A DNA stretch of 62,552 nt, filler included, from Atractiella rhizophila (lineage: Eukaryota), in assembly GCA_021432655.1 (NCBI GenBank). It is 19 parts of 19 records of this genome, joined end to end, with 100 filler letters (N's around TTAATTAATTAA, not from the genome) between each part and the next. Parts side by side here need not be neighbours in the genome. Positions count along the whole stretch, not along the records: positions 61,236 to 62,552 come from MU272576.1; 18 more parts are not named here. One strand, written 5' to 3'. The notes beneath the pieces were generated by a model. It was not told where the DNA came from and ran no database searches. It saw nothing but the letters and a program-made list of their open reading frames with translations. The translations under genes and the position numbers were made by a program. Shown piece after piece: positions 62,377 to 62,552 of this stretch (its first letter is position 1; each line of letters opens with the position of its first letter).

Positions 62377-62552
62377 GGCGATAAAATTCGAGTTTGGATC
62401 GTCTGATCTTCGTCGAAATGGGGGGATAGGGCCTTAGGAGGGTCTCGATTATGATCCCAACGTCTTGAATCGATTGGACAAAGGATGGCTGAGTGGTCAA
62501 AATTTTCAACCAAGTGGGTGGCAAAATTGAAAATTGCAATTCCAACTGATCT

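Overview
Eukaryotic fungal DNA, most likely a basidiomycete (short ~50-nt GT/GC-AG introns, FunK1 kinases, a basidiomycete-type chitin deacetylase N-terminus and NLR). The window is not a continuous locus. It is 19 small contigs (most ~3.3-3.5 kb, sorted by decreasing length) joined by 18 artificial 100-bp N44-TTAATTAATTAA-N44 spacers, so adjacency across spacers means nothing. Housekeeping genes, mostly cut at contig ends: TRR1, ATP-citrate lyase, 3-hydroxyacyl-CoA dehydrogenase, cullin-1, KEX1, a DUF3500 protein, a Gfd2/YDR514C-like DEDDh nuclease and an O-fucosyltransferase-like protein. Transposons: four Ty1/copia segments, LINEs, hAT, MULE-like and Helitron remnants, a hAT MITE with an 8-bp TSD inside a copia RT, and a solo LTR with a 5-bp TSD inside a copia gag. 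There are also two FunK1 pseudogenes. Best novelty candidates: (1) a patatin-STAND NLR and its paralog, both lacking the catalytic DGG aspartate (candidate pseudo-phospholipase NLR family); (2) an orphan protein with a duplicated two-TM hairpin; (3) a hydroxyacyl-CoA dehydrogenase with both a mitochondrial presequence and a PTS1 plus two in-frame ATGs. All family calls come from motif recognition by eye; no database search was run.
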